A stretch of DNA of 64,000 bases from a virus: IMG/VR virus record IMGVR_UViG_3300043410_001256, positions 1 through 64,000 of that record; one strand, written 5' to 3'. Below the pieces are notes generated by a model. It was not told the origin of the DNA and searched no databases. It saw only the letters and a list, made by a program, of their open reading frames with translations. Below, one piece after another: positions 47,418-57,700 of the stretch. Made by a program: the position numbers and the translations under genes. Position 1 is the first letter of the stretch. Each line of letters starts with the position of its first letter.

Positions 47418-48206
47418 ATGTCAACAAGCAGATTAAATGGGGCTTTACCCGGAGGGTTGCCAGCACGTTCAGACCTGTCAAACACTCGTCTTAACATGTT
47501 TAGATTTGGAGCCTTGGAAAATCTAGACGATGGAAGAAATACAAAACTGGACGCTACCAAAGATTGGCGAGTGCGTATCAGCTTGCCCCCAAGCTCTAAT
47601 TTTGCTTTTAGGAGCGGTGTTTTTCCTAGCATCGTCTATCCTTTGATAAGTCAAAGCGGTAAAAGTACAGGCACAGATGGAGTTGTATTTCCACACACGC
47701 CTACTGTTACTATGCAACATAACGCAAGGTATCAAGAGCAAGCTCTGACACACAGCAACTATAAGAATTATTTCTATGAAGGCAGCGATGTAGCACCAAT
47801 TACCATTACAGGACTATTTACCTGTCAAAATGGTGCCGAGGCACTTTATCTAATGGCCAGTTTGCAATTCCTTCGTGCTTGTACAAAAATGTATTTTGGT
47901 AAAGGTGATCCAAAAGCAGGCACACCGCCAACTCTGGTTAGACTAAGCGGATACGGAGACCATTATTTGCCATCTATCACAGGCGTGGTAACACAGGTGT
48001 CACACACCATGCCCGATGATTGTGATTACATCAAGTACAGTTATAAAGACAATGAGGAGTATGGCTGGATGCCAACTTCTAGTACATTAACTGTAACCAT
48101 ACAGCCAGTACTAAGCAGACAGCGTCAAGCTGAAGAAATGAAGTTGGATGATTATGTACGTGGACTACTGGTCAAAGACAGTAGCAACCGAGGAGGTATC
48201 ATTTAA
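47418..48206 (+). CDS. Baseplate tail-tube initiator/cap (gp48/gp54-like)
   Basis: GVVFPHTP...THSNY...PPTLVRLSGYG. First gene of the baseplate operon, ahead of the LysM-like gene. Confidence 0.65.
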   Translation: MSTSRLNGALPGGLPARSDLSNTRLNMFRFGALENLDDGRNTKLDATKDWRVRISLPPSSNFAFRSGVFPSIVYPLISQSGKSTGTDGVVFPHTPTVTMQHNARYQEQALTHSNYKNYFYEGSDVAPITITGLFTCQNGAEALYLMASLQFLRACTKMYFGKGDPKAGTPPTLVRLSGYGDHYLPSITGVVTQVSHTMPDDCDYIKYSYKDNEEYGWMPTSSTLTVTIQPVLSRQRQAEEMKLDDYVRGLLVKDSSNRGGII

Positions 48207-48505
48207 TGGCAACTTATGCTAAAACAAGTCCATACTATGGTACACCAGTCTATGGTACATTTTTAGACGTACAAAAAAAGCGTACTATACCTTTTAGAAA
48301 AGACGACACGGTGTATGTAATAGAACGAGCTTATCAATATAGGCCTGACCTACTAGCATACGACTTATATGGTGATGCAGGACTATGGTGGGTGTTTGCC
48401 GCACGTAATCCTAATGTAATACAAGACCCTATTGGGGACTTCCTGTCAGGCGTTACCATACGCTTGCCTAAGCAACGGGATTTGGTTGCCGCATTGGGAC
48501 TGTAA
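48206..48505 (+). CDS. gp53: Baseplate wedge LysM-like protein (gp53-like)
   Basis: RPDLLAYDLYGD..LWWVFA..N...G..IRLP. Confidence 0.85.
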   Translation: MATYAKTSPYYGTPVYGTFLDVQKKRTIPFRKDDTVYVIERAYQYRPDLLAYDLYGDAGLWWVFAARNPNVIQDPIGDFLSGVTIRLPKQRDLVAALGL

Positions 48506-48508
48506 TCA

Positions 48509-51500
48509 ATGCCTAACACTACCCTCAACGGCCAGTCAGTACAAGTTGGCAAAGATCTTCAATCAACAAAAGACGCGGCCATACTACAAGCCAAGGTTAG
48601 AGCACTTCAAACGATCTACGGTAATACATTCACTGATGTGCAGGCCGGTTTGCTTCTTGTAAATGAATTCACTGAACCAGAACTAACCATAACACAAAGC
48701 CCAGACGGAACCTGGACTGTAGGTGTGTCTCTTAGTGTTGAAGATGTTGAAGTACCAGCCGACTGGGCGCCTGGGGCAATAATAGATTATAAAACAGGCA
48801 AACTAGCAAACTTGTCTGACGTCAAGGTTTCTGACGTTACCTTGTCTGAAATCAAAGATTCTCAGGCTGTGACACCAGAGAAGGCTGTGACTACTTTAGT
48901 TGCAGACGGATTCTCAATTGAATCTTACCGACAGCAAATTGCCAGTGAACAAGAAGCACAACGACTAAAAGTTGAAGCTGACAGAACACTAGCAGGGATG
49001 GAAGACGCCAAGCGATCAGCTGTGTTGTCAATCTATCTTAAAAATAATTATTTCACTGACGAACATGTTCCTAATATTGTCAAGGTTGAAGAAAAAGACG
49101 GCAAGGTTATAGTATACGAAGGTAACGGAGCATCACGTGAACTAAGACAAGATGATCTTGATTTATACGGAACTCTCAGGAATAGCAATCTTGCTCTGTT
49201 TGAACAGCAGGACAATGAACTAAAAGCATTCAAGAACTGGGCCGCGGAAAATAGCAGACTGACCACAGGTCAAATCGACACGCTCACCACATACGATAGT
49301 ATTTTGCGTACTGATCAATATGCTGATTTTCAATCGTATGTTGATTCGTATAAAAATGCCAACAATGGTCTTTTACCTTATTCTAAGCCATATGATCAAC
49401 TTGTTGCAATGCAGGCAGCAAAAGCAAATGCCGAAGCCGAAGCTGCCGCAAGAAAAGTTCGAGATGGCGGAGCCGCTGATGCAGTGGATTCATCTGCACA
49501 AGCCGATGCGTCTACTGTACAAAATTTATCAGCCGAAGAGCGTATTAGAATAAACAACAACGGCAAAAGTCTTGACGACTTGAAAAGAGAAGCAATTGGC
49601 GGAGGAACAGAATACCAAGCTAAACAGGCAGCAGCCGCTGCCGAAATAGCCAGTCGATTAGCGGCACGAGAAGCTGAATCATCAGATGAATCATTCACAC
49701 CAGTCGATGCTATTAAATCAAGTGCAAGCGATCCTAGTGTAGTAACAGATGCTCAAGCAGGAGAAGGGTTTACCAGCTATGTTGTGGACAACCCGCTGGA
49801 TCAATTTTCCAACTATACATATGGCATAGCCTTGCATGTTCTGACAGAAGAAGAACACAAACAACTGTCACAGAACGCGGCAGATTGGAAACCTTCGCAC
49901 ACGCTGATTGCAAGTGCAGGCAGATGGGATGAAAACGTATTCAGCACCAGCCCGCTGGATCAAACAGTTGATGGTGATCCAACTCTGTCAAAAACATTTT
50001 TACGCAGAGAGCCTGGTTGGGAACACAATTTCTTTTTTGACGGACTAAAAGTATCACAAGTTGTTGGGCCTAGTTCTACTAATAGAACAACCAACACCAT
50101 TGACATTGAATTCACTATCATTGAGCCATATGGACTCAGCCTGTTGGACAGACTGTTAAAAACATCAAAGAAACTAAAACAGCCTACATATATGCAGTTG
50201 TGCTATATGTTGCAGATTGATTTCTATGACAGTCAATTTGGCTTATTAATTGAACATAGAAAATACATTCCAATTTCAATCTTTGATATGAAAGTCAAAG
50301 TGTCGGGCAAAGGCAGCGAATATGTGTGTACAGCCGCACCATTCCATCATAGAAGTTTGTTGCAGTCCATGTCAACCACTCCTGCAAACTTTGATGTGTC
50401 GTCGATGACATTGCGAGAGTTTTTTGCAGATACTAATGCCAGTGATACAAATTTAATTAACAACTCTATTGACAATCAACGCAATGAAATTGCAAACTTG
50501 GCCAAGCAACAAAACATTGGCGAAGCAGATGCAGCCGCTAGGATATTAGAACAGAACGGAAGTCTTAAAGACAAGACTTATGAAATCAACAGCTACATTG
50601 CTGGTGTAAACAGTTGGTACGCTAAACTAAAACAACTGAATGTGGTTGATCAAAACAGTATACCTAATTCTATCAAAGTGCGATTCCACGATGAAATTAT
50701 TGCTGGAGAAAAAATGGCACGGCCCAGCGAAGTTGATTCGTCTGCAGGTAGAAGTGCTATGGCCAAGCCAGACATGCCTCGTGACCGTCCAGTGGCAGAT
50801 GAAAAGAAACGTGACAGATGGTCTATCCCAGCTGGTATGGCAATTCCTGAAGTAATCAACATGGTGATGTTATCATCAGATTATATCCGTGGGCAAGTGT
50901 TGGTAGCAAACAAAAATGAAGCTACAACAACATCTAAGAAAGGCATTGTCAAGTGGTGGAAGATTTTGCCTTCGATTTCAATTACAGGATTTGATGCCGT
51001 AATCAATAGATGGACCTACGATGTCACATACTTTGTACTACCTTATTTGGTTTACAATACAAAACATCCTAATCTGCCAAAGCAATCTCCTAAAAAAGCA
51101 GACGTAGTCAAATACTACAAATACTTGTATTCTGGCGAGAACACGTCGATCATTGATTTCCAAATTGACTTTGACATGCTGTACATTACTACTATTTCAG
51201 CATTGAAAGAAGTAAACACAGATGATGATACTCGAGATGCACAGGGCAATGATGCTACCGCAGAACAATCTGGAAAAGACTCTAACGATAGATCTAAAAA
51301 AACTTCAAATACAATTACACCTGTGTCCTTGCTGGTTGTAAGTCAAGACCTTAGCGCAATCACTGGCAAAAAAGTTGATAAAGATCCTGTGTCTGTTGCA
51401 ATTAGTTCCATGAACGACAGCATCTACAGCAGGTCCACAGGAGACATGTTAACACTAACATTAAAAATTATCGGCGATCCTACGCTGATCAAACAAGACG

Positions 51501-52093
51501 ATATATTTTTTAATGTTAACAAGTGGTATGATCCCAACGGACGTACTGCTACATCAGATGGTATAAAAGTAGATCAAGCCTATAGGTCCAATGGCGATAT
51601 TACACTAAACAACAATGCATTGATCATGGATGCTGGCGAAGTTCTAGCATGGATTGATGTTGTACTGCCAACAGACATGGACGATCTTAAAGGTGGCACA
51701 GCTTCGGTAAGCACAGACACAACCACATTCAGTGGTGTATACAGAGTACAAGAAGTAGTAAACGAATTCAAAACTGGTAAGTTTGAACAAACGTTAACAC
51801 TGATTAGATATCAAGAACAAGATATTGATTTTGAAGTCAAGGATGAAGAAAGAGCCGCATTGACTGATGAACAGCTTGCAGAAGAAGAAAGAATACTTGG
51901 CATACTAAACAACACCGGCGGTACTGACTCTAGCGGAGCAGTTACTACCAGCGGATCAACCAGTTCTGGTCAAGCAGTGTCTGCCGACGAAAGTGCTGGA
52001 CCAAAACCTGCAAGTGAAGCACCTGAGATTGTGCCTCTACTTAATTTAGATAGACTACCTCAAAGCGAAGGTAGAATTGATGACTTTGCATAA
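48509..52093 (+). CDS. Baseplate hub protein (gp27-like) with long N-terminal extension
   Basis: NPLD.F..YTY, F.IIEPYG.S, LKIIGDP and FSGVYRV..V...F..G.F.Q.L motifs. Located between gp53 and gp5. Confidence 0.65.
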   Translation: MPNTTLNGQSVQVGKDLQSTKDAAILQAKVRALQTIYGNTFTDVQAGLLLVNEFTEPELTITQSPDGTWTVGVSLSVEDVEVPADWAPGAIIDYKTGKLANLSDVKVSDVTLSEIKDSQAVTPEKAVTTLVADGFSIESYRQQIASEQEAQRLKVEADRTLAGMEDAKRSAVLSIYLKNNYFTDEHVPNIVKVEEKDGKVIVYEGNGASRELRQDDLDLYGTLRNSNLALFEQQDNELKAFKNWAAENSRLTTGQIDTLTTYDSILRTDQYADFQSYVDSYKNANNGLLPYSKPYDQLVAMQAAKANAEAEAAARKVRDGGAADAVDSSAQADASTVQNLSAEERIRINNNGKSLDDLKREAIGGGTEYQAKQAAAAAEIASRLAAREAESSDESFTPVDAIKSSASDPSVVTDAQAGEGFTSYVVDNPLDQFSNYTYGIALHVLTEEEHKQLSQNAADWKPSHTLIASAGRWDENVFSTSPLDQTVDGDPTLSKTFLRREPGWEHNFFFDGLKVSQVVGPSSTNRTTNTIDIEFTIIEPYGLSLLDRLLKTSKKLKQPTYMQLCYMLQIDFYDSQFGLLIEHRKYIPISIFDMKVKVSGKGSEYVCTAAPFHHRSLLQSMSTTPANFDVSSMTLREFFADTNASDTNLINNSIDNQRNEIANLAKQQNIGEADAAARILEQNGSLKDKTYEINSYIAGVNSWYAKLKQLNVVDQNSIPNSIKVRFHDEIIAGEKMARPSEVDSSAGRSAMAKPDMPRDRPVADEKKRDRWSIPAGMAIPEVINMVMLSSDYIRGQVLVANKNEATTTSKKGIVKWWKILPSISITGFDAVINRWTYDVTYFVLPYLVYNTKHPNLPKQSPKKADVVKYYKYLYSGENTSIIDFQIDFDMLYITTISALKEVNTDDDTRDAQGNDATAEQSGKDSNDRSKKTSNTITPVSLLVVSQDLSAITGKKVDKDPVSVAISSMNDSIYSRSTGDMLTLTLKIIGDPTLIKQDDIFFNVNKWYDPNGRTATSDGIKVDQAYRSNGDITLNNNALIMDAGEVLAWIDVVLPTDMDDLKGGTASVSTDTTTFSGVYRVQEVVNEFKTGKFEQTLTLIRYQEQDIDFEVKDEERAALTDEQLAEEERILGILNNTGGTDSSGAVTTSGSTSSGQAVSADESAGPKPASEAPEIVPLLNLDRLPQSEGRIDDFA

Positions 52094-52111
52094 TCAACTA
52101 GGGACATATCA

Positions 52112-54301
52112 ATGAGTGATAAAATAACCGGTAAAAAAATACCAAAACAATATGATGAAACAGCTTCGCATGGTACCAAGCTCAGTTACGGCACTTACAT
52201 TGGTGTTGTAAAAAACGTTAATGATCCTGGACGCAACGGAAAGTTAGCTGTATGGATACCGTTACTAGGCGGAGCAGAAGACGATTCCAGGAATTGGATC
52301 ACTGTTAGATATGCAAGTCCTTTCCTTGGCAGCACAAATACGCCTGGTGTACAAGGGCAAAAAAGTCTAGCAAAAACTTTTTCCGCATCTTCACAAACCT
52401 ACGGATTCTGGGCAGTACCGCCGGACGTTGGCAACCAGGTGCTAATAACTTTTATCAACGGAGATAGAAACAAAGGCTTTTGGTTTGCTTGTATATTTGA
52501 TAGAGATGGACACTACATGGTTCCTGGTAACCCAGGCGGTGCACCAGGAACAGACTTTGATGTAAACACAGTCGAAAGTGCAACACTCAAAGGAACTATT
52601 AATCAACTTGACACAGCAAATATTCCACTGTCAGAATTTAACCGTTACGGCAAATATTCCGATCCAGTAGCCACACGTAAAAAAGCAGTACACGAATTTC
52701 TAGCACCTAGCTATATTGAACAAGGACTAGCCGGGGATATTGTAAGAGGTCCAACTCGTAGCAGTAGTCAGCGTGATATTCCCAGCGGCGTGTTTGGATG
52801 GAGCACACCTGGCAGACCCAAAAATGATCCAGGTTACAACGCCAATCAAAACAAAAACGCTGACCCTACTAAACCAATATACGAGCGTGTAGGTGGACAC
52901 AGTTTTGTCATGGATGACGGCGACTACTACGGCCAAGGTCAGCAGATACGACTACGCAGTGCCGGAGGACATCAACTGTTAATGGACGATACTACTGGTG
53001 CGTTTTATGTAATTAATGCTGCCGGCAGTTGCTGGATTGAATTAAGTCCCACTGGACAAATGAGCGTTTACTCTGGCTCCAGTATAAACATGAGAACACG
53101 TGGCGACTTGAACTTGCACAGTGATCAAAAGGTCAGCATCTACGGACAGTCTGGCATTGAAATGTTCACAGACGGTGAAATGATTCTTGAAGGGGCTAAA
53201 CAAGTTGGCATCACTGGTGGCGACTCACTGTTTTTACACGGATTCAAGCGATGCGTAATGGCCAGTCAGAATGGCCCAATACAAATTGATGCCAATGGAC
53301 AGATTTCACTCAAGACCAAGGGTCTTGGCATCATTGATGCCGCAGGCAAACTACAGTTGCAATCGGGCAAAGCACCAGATCTTCCAACACTACCAAAAGG
53401 TATTACCACATATGATCACGACGATACCATGGTGGCTGGTAACAACTGGGTAACTAGAAAACGTGCTACAAAGAGTACAGTTGCAGTTTTGCCAACGCAT
53501 GAGCCGTGGAACAGAGAAGGATACGATGCTGTTTCTAATCAAAGAATTGGTATTGCAGATGGTCCTGCACCAAAGCAAACATTTGTTGGCGGGGACAGAG
53601 CTGCATCCGGACGTATAATTCAATCCACAGTTCCTGAAGTAGGCTCTGCATTGCCGGACAATTACCTGGACAGATTTCCTGGTGTTAAACAAGGCTTAAC
53701 AACCACGTTGGGTAGTAATTTACTACCAAAAACAAACTCATACACCAGTCGTAGCGCACCCAAAGCCACCGCACCCTGCGGTACACTGAGTCAAGACAAG
53801 CTGAGTTCTCTGCAGGCAGGTATTGCTTACTTAGAGACTCGTGGCGATCCTGAAAAAGATGGGTCTGACTATGAACAAGTGAACAGACTGCGCTATGCAG
53901 GTCGCTATCAACACGGCGCACAATCATTGGAAACGCTGGGCTATTTGAAGCCAGGGTCGTATCAGCAGTACGGAAATGCCGCCTTTGACCGCCCAGAATG
54001 TTGGTCAGGTAAAAACGGGATAAGTAATGGTAGAGACTATTTAGGCAGTCCAGGCGAGCAAGAAAAAGCACAGCAAGAACTGACTATTAGAAACTATCGA
54101 CAGCTGAGTGCCGCAGGAGTAATCACAGCAGACAGTCCACCCGAACACGTTGGCGGAATGTTGGCAGTAGCTCACTTGCTGGGCGCAGGCGGTGCAACAA
54201 GATGGGCAAGAACAGGGGATGGGCGTGATGCTAACGGCACAACAGGTGCAACGTACTATGCAGCCGGCAGCTACGCAATACAGAACAAGATAAGTTACTA
54301 A
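52112..54301 (+). CDS. gp5: Central spike (gp5/VgrG-like) with C-terminal lysozyme-like domain
   Basis: OB-fold motifs DP.R.G.L.V / PPDVG..V...F..GD, GH...MDD and beta-helix repeats, then ET.G...Y...N..GRYQ...AH..G.GGA. Confidence 0.8.
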   Translation: MSDKITGKKIPKQYDETASHGTKLSYGTYIGVVKNVNDPGRNGKLAVWIPLLGGAEDDSRNWITVRYASPFLGSTNTPGVQGQKSLAKTFSASSQTYGFWAVPPDVGNQVLITFINGDRNKGFWFACIFDRDGHYMVPGNPGGAPGTDFDVNTVESATLKGTINQLDTANIPLSEFNRYGKYSDPVATRKKAVHEFLAPSYIEQGLAGDIVRGPTRSSSQRDIPSGVFGWSTPGRPKNDPGYNANQNKNADPTKPIYERVGGHSFVMDDGDYYGQGQQIRLRSAGGHQLLMDDTTGAFYVINAAGSCWIELSPTGQMSVYSGSSINMRTRGDLNLHSDQKVSIYGQSGIEMFTDGEMILEGAKQVGITGGDSLFLHGFKRCVMASQNGPIQIDANGQISLKTKGLGIIDAAGKLQLQSGKAPDLPTLPKGITTYDHDDTMVAGNNWVTRKRATKSTVAVLPTHEPWNREGYDAVSNQRIGIADGPAPKQTFVGGDRAASGRIIQSTVPEVGSALPDNYLDRFPGVKQGLTTTLGSNLLPKTNSYTSRSAPKATAPCGTLSQDKLSSLQAGIAYLETRGDPEKDGSDYEQVNRLRYAGRYQHGAQSLETLGYLKPGSYQQYGNAAFDRPECWSGKNGISNGRDYLGSPGEQEKAQQELTIRNYRQLSAAGVITADSPPEHVGGMLAVAHLLGAGGATRWARTGDGRDANGTTGATYYAAGSYAIQNKISY

Positions 54302-54309
54302 GGGTTAAC

Positions 54310-54684
54310 ATGGCATTATTCAAAGGTTTCAGCACCTACAACCGCAAAAAACAGTTCAGGCTAACTGACTTTGAATTAGTCAAACAGGACCTGTTTAACC
54401 ATTTTAACATTCGCAAAGGCGAAAAACTCATGCGCCCAAACTTTGGAACCAGCGTGTGGGACTACTTGTTTGAGCCGTTTAGCAGTGAAATAACCGAAGT
54501 TATACGTGAAGAAATTGGTATAGTTGTAGGCACCGATCCGCGCTTAAAAGTTGAAAAAATATCAATTAATTCCTATGATCAGGGACTTGAAGTTTCAATC
54601 AAATTGATCTTTGTGCCGCTGAATCTAGCCGACGTCCTGTATCTAAAATTTGACCGGGACAATCAAAAACTTGTAGCGTCCTGA
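54310..54684 (+). CDS. gp25: Baseplate wedge subunit (gp25 family)
   Basis: GEKLMRPNFGT....LFEP and DPR motifs. Confidence 0.92.
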   Translation: MALFKGFSTYNRKKQFRLTDFELVKQDLFNHFNIRKGEKLMRPNFGTSVWDYLFEPFSSEITEVIREEIGIVVGTDPRLKVEKISINSYDQGLEVSIKLIFVPLNLADVLYLKFDRDNQKLVAS

Positions 54685-54707
54685 TTAAAGTACCAGATTT
54701 TAGATCT

Positions 54708-54715
54708 GGTAAATA
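54708..54715 (+). promoter_or_regulatory. Late promoter (GGTAAATA) for gp6/gp7
   Basis: Intergenic, before 54736. Confidence 0.7.
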
Positions 54716-54735
54716 CGTGATACAGGAACAATATA

Positions 54736-57700
54736 ATGGCTGCTACAACCAGACAAACTAATTTGTTAGTACAACAGGATTGGAAGAAGATTTACCAAAC
54801 CTTCCAAAATGCTGACTTCCAAAGCTACGATTTCGAAACATTGCGTAAGACAATGATCGACTACTTACGCACTTACTATCCTGAAGACTTCAACGATTTT
54901 ATTGAAAGCAGTGAGTATGTAGCCCTGATTGACTTGATTGCTTTCCTGGGACAGAGTCTAGCGTTTCGTAATGATCTTAACGCAAGAGAAAACTTCATTG
55001 ACACAGCAGAGCGCAGAGACAGCGTTCTAAACCTGGCTCGTTTGGTTAGTTATGTTCCTAAAAGAAACGTAGCCGCTACTGGATTGATGCGTGTTGAAGC
55101 AATCAGCACCACTGAAGCATTAATGGACAGCAACAGCATTGAATTGTCCAATGTGCCTGTTAATTGGAACGACCCTGGCAACGACAACTGGCTAGAGCAA
55201 TTCAGCTTGGTGTTGAATGCAGCCTTGATTGACAGTCAGGTTGTGGGCAAGCCTGGCAACAGCCAAGCCATTGGCGGTATTCAAACAGATGAATACAGCC
55301 TTAATATTCTTAACAACGTACTGCCAACTTTCAGCTATGAGAGCAATGTCAATGGAACATTGATGCGCTTTGAAATGGTTAGCCCTACCAGCTTGAATCA
55401 AGAATATGTATACGAGCGTGAGCCACGTCCACGCAGTATTTTCAACTTGTTGTATCGTAATGATAACCTAGGCAACGACAGCACCAACAGTGGTTGGTTT
55501 ATGTATTTCAAGCAAGGAGAACTACGCAACCTTGATTTTACTTTAGATCAAAAGTTACCTAACCGTACAGTGTCAGTTAACGTTGACAACATCAACAACG
55601 ATGACGTATGGTTGTATCAACTAGATGACAATGGCAACTATGTTGAGCTGTGGGAAAAAACTGAAAGCGTAACCGGCGTTAACATCATTTACAACACTTC
55701 AGTTAATCGTAACCTGTACCAGATCAATACTCGCGCAGGCGACCAGGTCGATCTAGTGTTTGGCGACGGTGCGTTTGCAAACATTCCAAGTGGTAAGTTC
55801 CGTTTGTTCTATCGTGTGAGCAACGGCTTGAATTATAAAATTGCGCCAGCAGAAATGCAAAACGTGTTAGTTCCAATTACCTATGTAAGCCGCAACGGAC
55901 GAGCAGAAACCTTAACACTCAGAGCGAGCTTGTATTACACTGTCAACAATGCCAATGCTCGTGAAACACTAACAGAAATTAAAAACAAAGCGCCACAGCA
56001 GTACTACACACAGAATCGTATGATCACCGGCGAGGATTACAACATCCTGCCATTTACAAAATTCAACAGTATTCTTAAAATCAAGAGTACTAACCGTTCC
56101 AGCTCTGGTATTAGCCGTTACCTTGACACACTAGATGTTACAGGCAAATATTCCAGCACAAACATTTTTGCTGAAGACGGAATTTTATATCGCAACGAAA
56201 GCATTGACAGTCTTGACTTTGTTCCACAAACGTCTGGAGACATCATCGGACAGTTTAATGAAATTTTGAATAATCAACTGTTGGTTAACAATTACATTGC
56301 CTTCAGTCAGTTTATCTATTCAAAGTTTCGTAGATTCAAAACAACAGACCTGGATGTAAACGGAAGTATCTTCCAATGTGCTTGGCAACAGATGACTGTT
56401 AGCACAAATCAAAGTACAGGATTTTTGTGTACAGCACAAAGTTACAATGCTACACTGAATGCAACCACTGGCAAACAAACCACAGGAACCTTGGCACTGC
56501 CAGCATTGAAAACTGGTGCCGCAAGTTCTAACAGTCTGAAATATGTTAAGCCAGGCAGCATTATCAAGTTCCGTGCTACATCAGACAATGGATTGTTACC
56601 TAAATATTTTAATTCAGCAAACGAGATTGTTGACGGTTCACCAAACGCCACAGGCGATCATTTGTACATATATGCCACAGTTGTAAACGTACTAGGCGAT
56701 GGTACAGGCGATGGTGTTTTAACCACAGCAGATGCTGGACCAATTACATTGAGTACATTTGTTCCTACTGGTGCGTACATTGATGAAATCATTCCTAAGA
56801 TTTACAATATTATTCCGCCAGACGTGTTGCGCTCTGCTGTTACTTTGATCAACAGCAAGAAAAACTTTGGTTTAAGATTTGATCAAATCCAAGCAACCTG
56901 GAATATTATTCAGCCGCAGGATTTGAAATTAAAACAAAGCAACAGCGTGTTGATCAACACTGATGGATACAACGCTGAATACAGCGGAACTTATGCAGGC
57001 GACGAAACCAGTTCGTCATTGGACAGTTCTTGGATCATGGCATTTGTATCTGGTACATTTGGTTATAAAATTTACTATCGTCAGATAAACTATATCTTTG
57101 AAAGCGAACAGGAAACCAAATTCTATTTTGATCCACGTGTGCGTGTGTATGACAGTAAAAGTGCTACAACACTCAGCGACCAAGTTAAAGTTTTACGTTC
57201 AAACAGTTTGCCTGATGGTAACACAGCTTTGTACGAAGATAAAACTTGGTTTATCTACAAAATGATTGTTGACCCAGACGGTCGCGAAAACACAAACAAG
57301 ATTCTAGTTAAATTTTCTGACAACAACCGCGACGGTGTGCCAGACAATCCTGACATCTTTGAAGAGTTAGTAAATCCTGCGGTTAACTCAAGTAGCAAGT
57401 ATGTGTACTTCAAACGTACATATAATAACAACAGCTTTGAACAGTTTACGCCTATTGCCAGCACGTTGGTATCTACGCTTTATGCTTCTCAAGGCGATAT
57501 TGTACAGGCTTACAATTTGTACGAAGATGGACAAATTTTTTACGCAACAGAAGAAAACAAATTCTATGACTTGAGCGTTACAGCAAGCAGAGGGGTTGAA
57601 ACTCGTACACTAACACAAAGTGCCAACGGTGAAAAATATCTATGGTTGTATGGACGTCGTGGTTTGTATTTCCAGTATCGTCATGCCAGCCCTTCTAATA

